Part shown: piece after piece, positions 61,401 through 64,000 of the stretch
Position numbering within the stretch: the first letter of the stretch is position 1
Layout: the number at the start of each line of letters is the position of its first letter
Assembly: GCA_040437565.1 (NCBI GenBank)
Contig: JBDOQK010000030.1
Span: forward strand, 1 to 64,000
Reading direction: 5' to 3'
Source: Albugo candida
Lineage: Eukaryota
DNA: 64,000 nt
Position numbers and translations under genes: made by a program
Notes under the pieces: model-generated
What the model was told of the DNA's origin: nothing
The model's input: only the letters and a program-made list of their open reading frames with translations
The model's database searches: none

Positions 61401-63477
61401 AGAACTCTACGCACGGCGATTTGACCGCTACGTTCATCACTTACTATGTCCAATAGTAGATCCATCAGCCGTACAATAAGGCAAAACCCATCGTGAGGAG
61501 CATATGAGTATGACGAGGAGCTGCACTCTGTTAGTTATAGACAACTTGTAGAATGAACGTATCGTTGAAATCGGTGGCATTTTGAATGGAGATGTAGGTT
61601 GATACAAGCGCACAAGAACAAGCGTGCATTCACTTCGTCCGTCTTTATTGATAAAAAATATGTTGTGTTCGCAGCAAATTATTTCTGTTTCCATGATCAT
61701 GAATTCAATGAAGCGCAGGTATCGCTTTGTCACCGGCACTGATATGTGACGTAATCATGATTCTATCAAATTATGCGAATTTCATCTACCCAGGATATAT
61801 ACTACTCAGATACGCTTGATACTCGTGGTGATATTTCATCGACAATTTCCATGCGTACGATGGGCTCCTTGCACTCACATTTTGGCTTAACCGACATGTC
61901 ATGGCGATAGAGAGGCTACATGGATATTGCACTGACTATTGTGATCACGTTTTTTTCTCAATCCACTGTATCTTTCGGGATGAAGCTTGGAGTCGTGACA
62001 TCTCCTATCCATACTTTATGACGTTAAAAAGTATGGCACTCAGGTAGAAAACAAAATTAAACCCTGCTCCAGGTTTCGTCGACCGAAACAGTTGGCTGTT
62101 TTTTGATGTGGCTTTGATCAGCTGAGACATTACTTTTCATATTTGTTCATCTTCTTCAAGTTTCACGAATGACGAAGTTTTGTGCTGAACACACTCGGTG
62201 TAATTGGGATGCCGCTTTGACTAGTCATTGTAAAGAATGCAAGCGAGCGAGAGACACCGCGAGAACTTTGATATATTCGATTTAAGATCTTCTACTACAG
62301 TGCAATGAGAAATCCTAAAGAATGTGACAAATTTCTTCTAATATGTTGAGAAAGCGACCAAAAATGCACACGTGAGAAGCAATCTAGTGTCCTTCGATTG
62401 GAAAATGTATGTCAGGAAGTTGCTTGACTCATCAAGATAAACGCTTGCTGATATGAACAAAGGAGTGACCTATGCTGACCTCTCCTCCTCTTCTTTGACC
62501 ATACTTCATCTCATGGTTGAATGCCCACACATTCGATGACACACTCGGGGAAGTAGGGCACAAAGCGAAAAATGAAAATCATAATCACCATTAGAGAGTC
62601 GTTCTTTAAAATCTACATGTATATTCTTACAAGCATTCGTGAAAGCTTTCGAGCAAGAATAAGCTTCTTGTCGGGAACGGCAATTGGACGCTTGAACCTT
62701 CCAAATATAAATGGAAGCAAGCTCAACGAAAGACGCTTTTTTTTGCTTACAATGAGTTTGGTATATAAGTGCCATGCAGATATACCACGGTATCACTTAT
62801 ATGGCACATTCGGGGTGAAGCAATGCGCTGAACGAAATGACCAGTTTCTATAATACATACGCGTTTGATGGCCATTTTACGGGAGCTAGTCCAAAAAAAA
62901 GATGCCAATAAGGTGCATGAATAGCGCGTGAAATGGCGGCACTGTCAAGGAGTCGGCACACCTTCACAAAGTGCTACACGGCGTCCACAAAAGAGGATCG
63001 AGCAGCAAGATGTGGCGAGATTGAGAGGCTCCACATTACGACCAAATATGCTGCTTTAATAAACGCAGAAAGACACATGTGCGCAGGATGGTCCATCTCT
63101 GAACAAAACTGGATTGATACATGAAGGTAGCTTGCTGTCAATATAAGTCATGATCATGAGCAACGTGCTCAAGATGTCATGTATGAATTTCCTCTACAAA
63201 GACAACCTGCTATGTCACACTACACACTCAGAAACCATCACCACAACACTCGAACACAAAATTCGGGAGCCATTATCTGATCAGTTTTGTTTCAGTGACC
63301 ATGGTACGCCACTAATTCCTAAGTACTCTTCTGTCACATGGATGAGCTGGTGATCATTTGATTGATGTCCTTCTACAACACCAATTAGAGAGATTACATA
63401 CTACTACCACGCGTTCCTTTTACTACCCTCTAAATTTTTATGTTTATATATAAAATAACTAGACGATTCCTATCACT

Positions 63478-63558
63478 GACAGCTTGGCCGAGTGGTTAAG
63501 GCGATAGACTTGAAATCTATTGGGGTTACCCGCGTGAGTTCAAATCTCACAGCTGTCG
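63478..63558 (+). tRNA. tRNA-Ser(UGA)
   Basis: Acceptor GACAGCT/AGCTGTC with discriminator G, D-arm TGGCCGAGTGGTTAAGGC, anticodon arm ATAGA-CT-TGA-AA-TCTAT, long variable arm, T-arm GTGAG-TTCAAAT-CTCAC, followed by TTTT. Confidence 0.95.
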
Positions 63559-63640
63559 TTTTAGTCTACTGACAGTGCTTTTGACCGCTCCATAACTACT
63601 GCATTACTCTGTCACCAGTAATAAATAGCTCGACATTCAT

Positions 63641-64000
63641 TTATTTACTCTTACTGCGTGAATTGGAAGTCGACATTATCGCTTCTAATTCCTCATTAAT
63701 TAAGACTGCGGCATTGTGCATCCGCACCTGTTGCAGCGAATCTTGGGTATTGTGATCGCGAGCATACTGAATGGATTGTTTGATGCCCCGAATGACCAAT
63801 TCACTCTTTCCACATACCGATTTGGCAATGCGATAAACTTCTTTGGTCATTTCATCAGTGTTTTCAAAACAAGTTGAAACGAGTCCAATCTTTTCAGCTT
63901 CCTGTCCTGAAAAATTACGGCCTGTGTACGCCAACTCTTTGGTTCTTTGCTCCCCAATGAGTTTAGGAAGGCGTTGAAGTGCACCCAGATCAGCAATGAT
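63641..64000 (-). CDS. ECH1: C-terminal part of an enoyl-CoA hydratase/isomerase, delta3,5-delta2,4-dienoyl-CoA isomerase-like (5' part outside the window)
   Basis: ADLGALQRLPKLIGEQRTKELAYTGRNFSGQEAEKIGLVS...YARDH matches crotonase-family ECH1 motifs. Confidence 0.8.
   Translation of the reverse strand: MIADLGALQRLPKLIGEQRTKELAYTGRNFSGQEAEKIGLVSTCFENTDEMTKEVYRIAKSVCGKSELVIRGIKQSIQYARDHNTQDSLQQVRMHNAAVLINEELEAIMSTSNSRSKSK

Overview
Eukaryotic nuclear DNA from a fragmented draft assembly with many 100-N gaps, most flanked by duplicated overlap. The short GT-AG introns (donors GTACG/GTAAG/GTGCG), moderate GC, oomycete-type Copia gag motif and gene content point to an oomycete, plausibly Albugo-like (inference). 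There are two compact gene islands. At about 25.8-34.9 kb: an SLC25 carrier, a 200-aa hypothetical ORF, NUP93, and a 1397-aa ZnF(RanBP2)-PDZ-PDZ-PH-C2-coiled-coil protein with WH2-like tail repeats. At about 39.7-48.9 kb: LSM4, DPAGT1/ALG7, and an AGC kinase with two UBA/CUE-like modules. tRNA-Ser(UGA) and the 3' end of an ECH1-like gene lie at the right edge. The rest is gene-sparse and rich in mobile DNA: an intron-containing IS630/Tc1/mariner-type element nested in the TIR of a long-TIR element (0.4-5.2 kb), LINE remnants, a full-length but decayed chromovirus with TSD (17.5-22.6 kb), a truncated Copia, a multi-layer nest of elements at 56-59.7 kb, and several decayed lineage-specific ORF chains. 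The best novelty candidates are the multidomain putative actin/membrane scaffold and the UBA-like-tethered AGC kinase. All domain calls are by eye and need HMM or structure confirmation.
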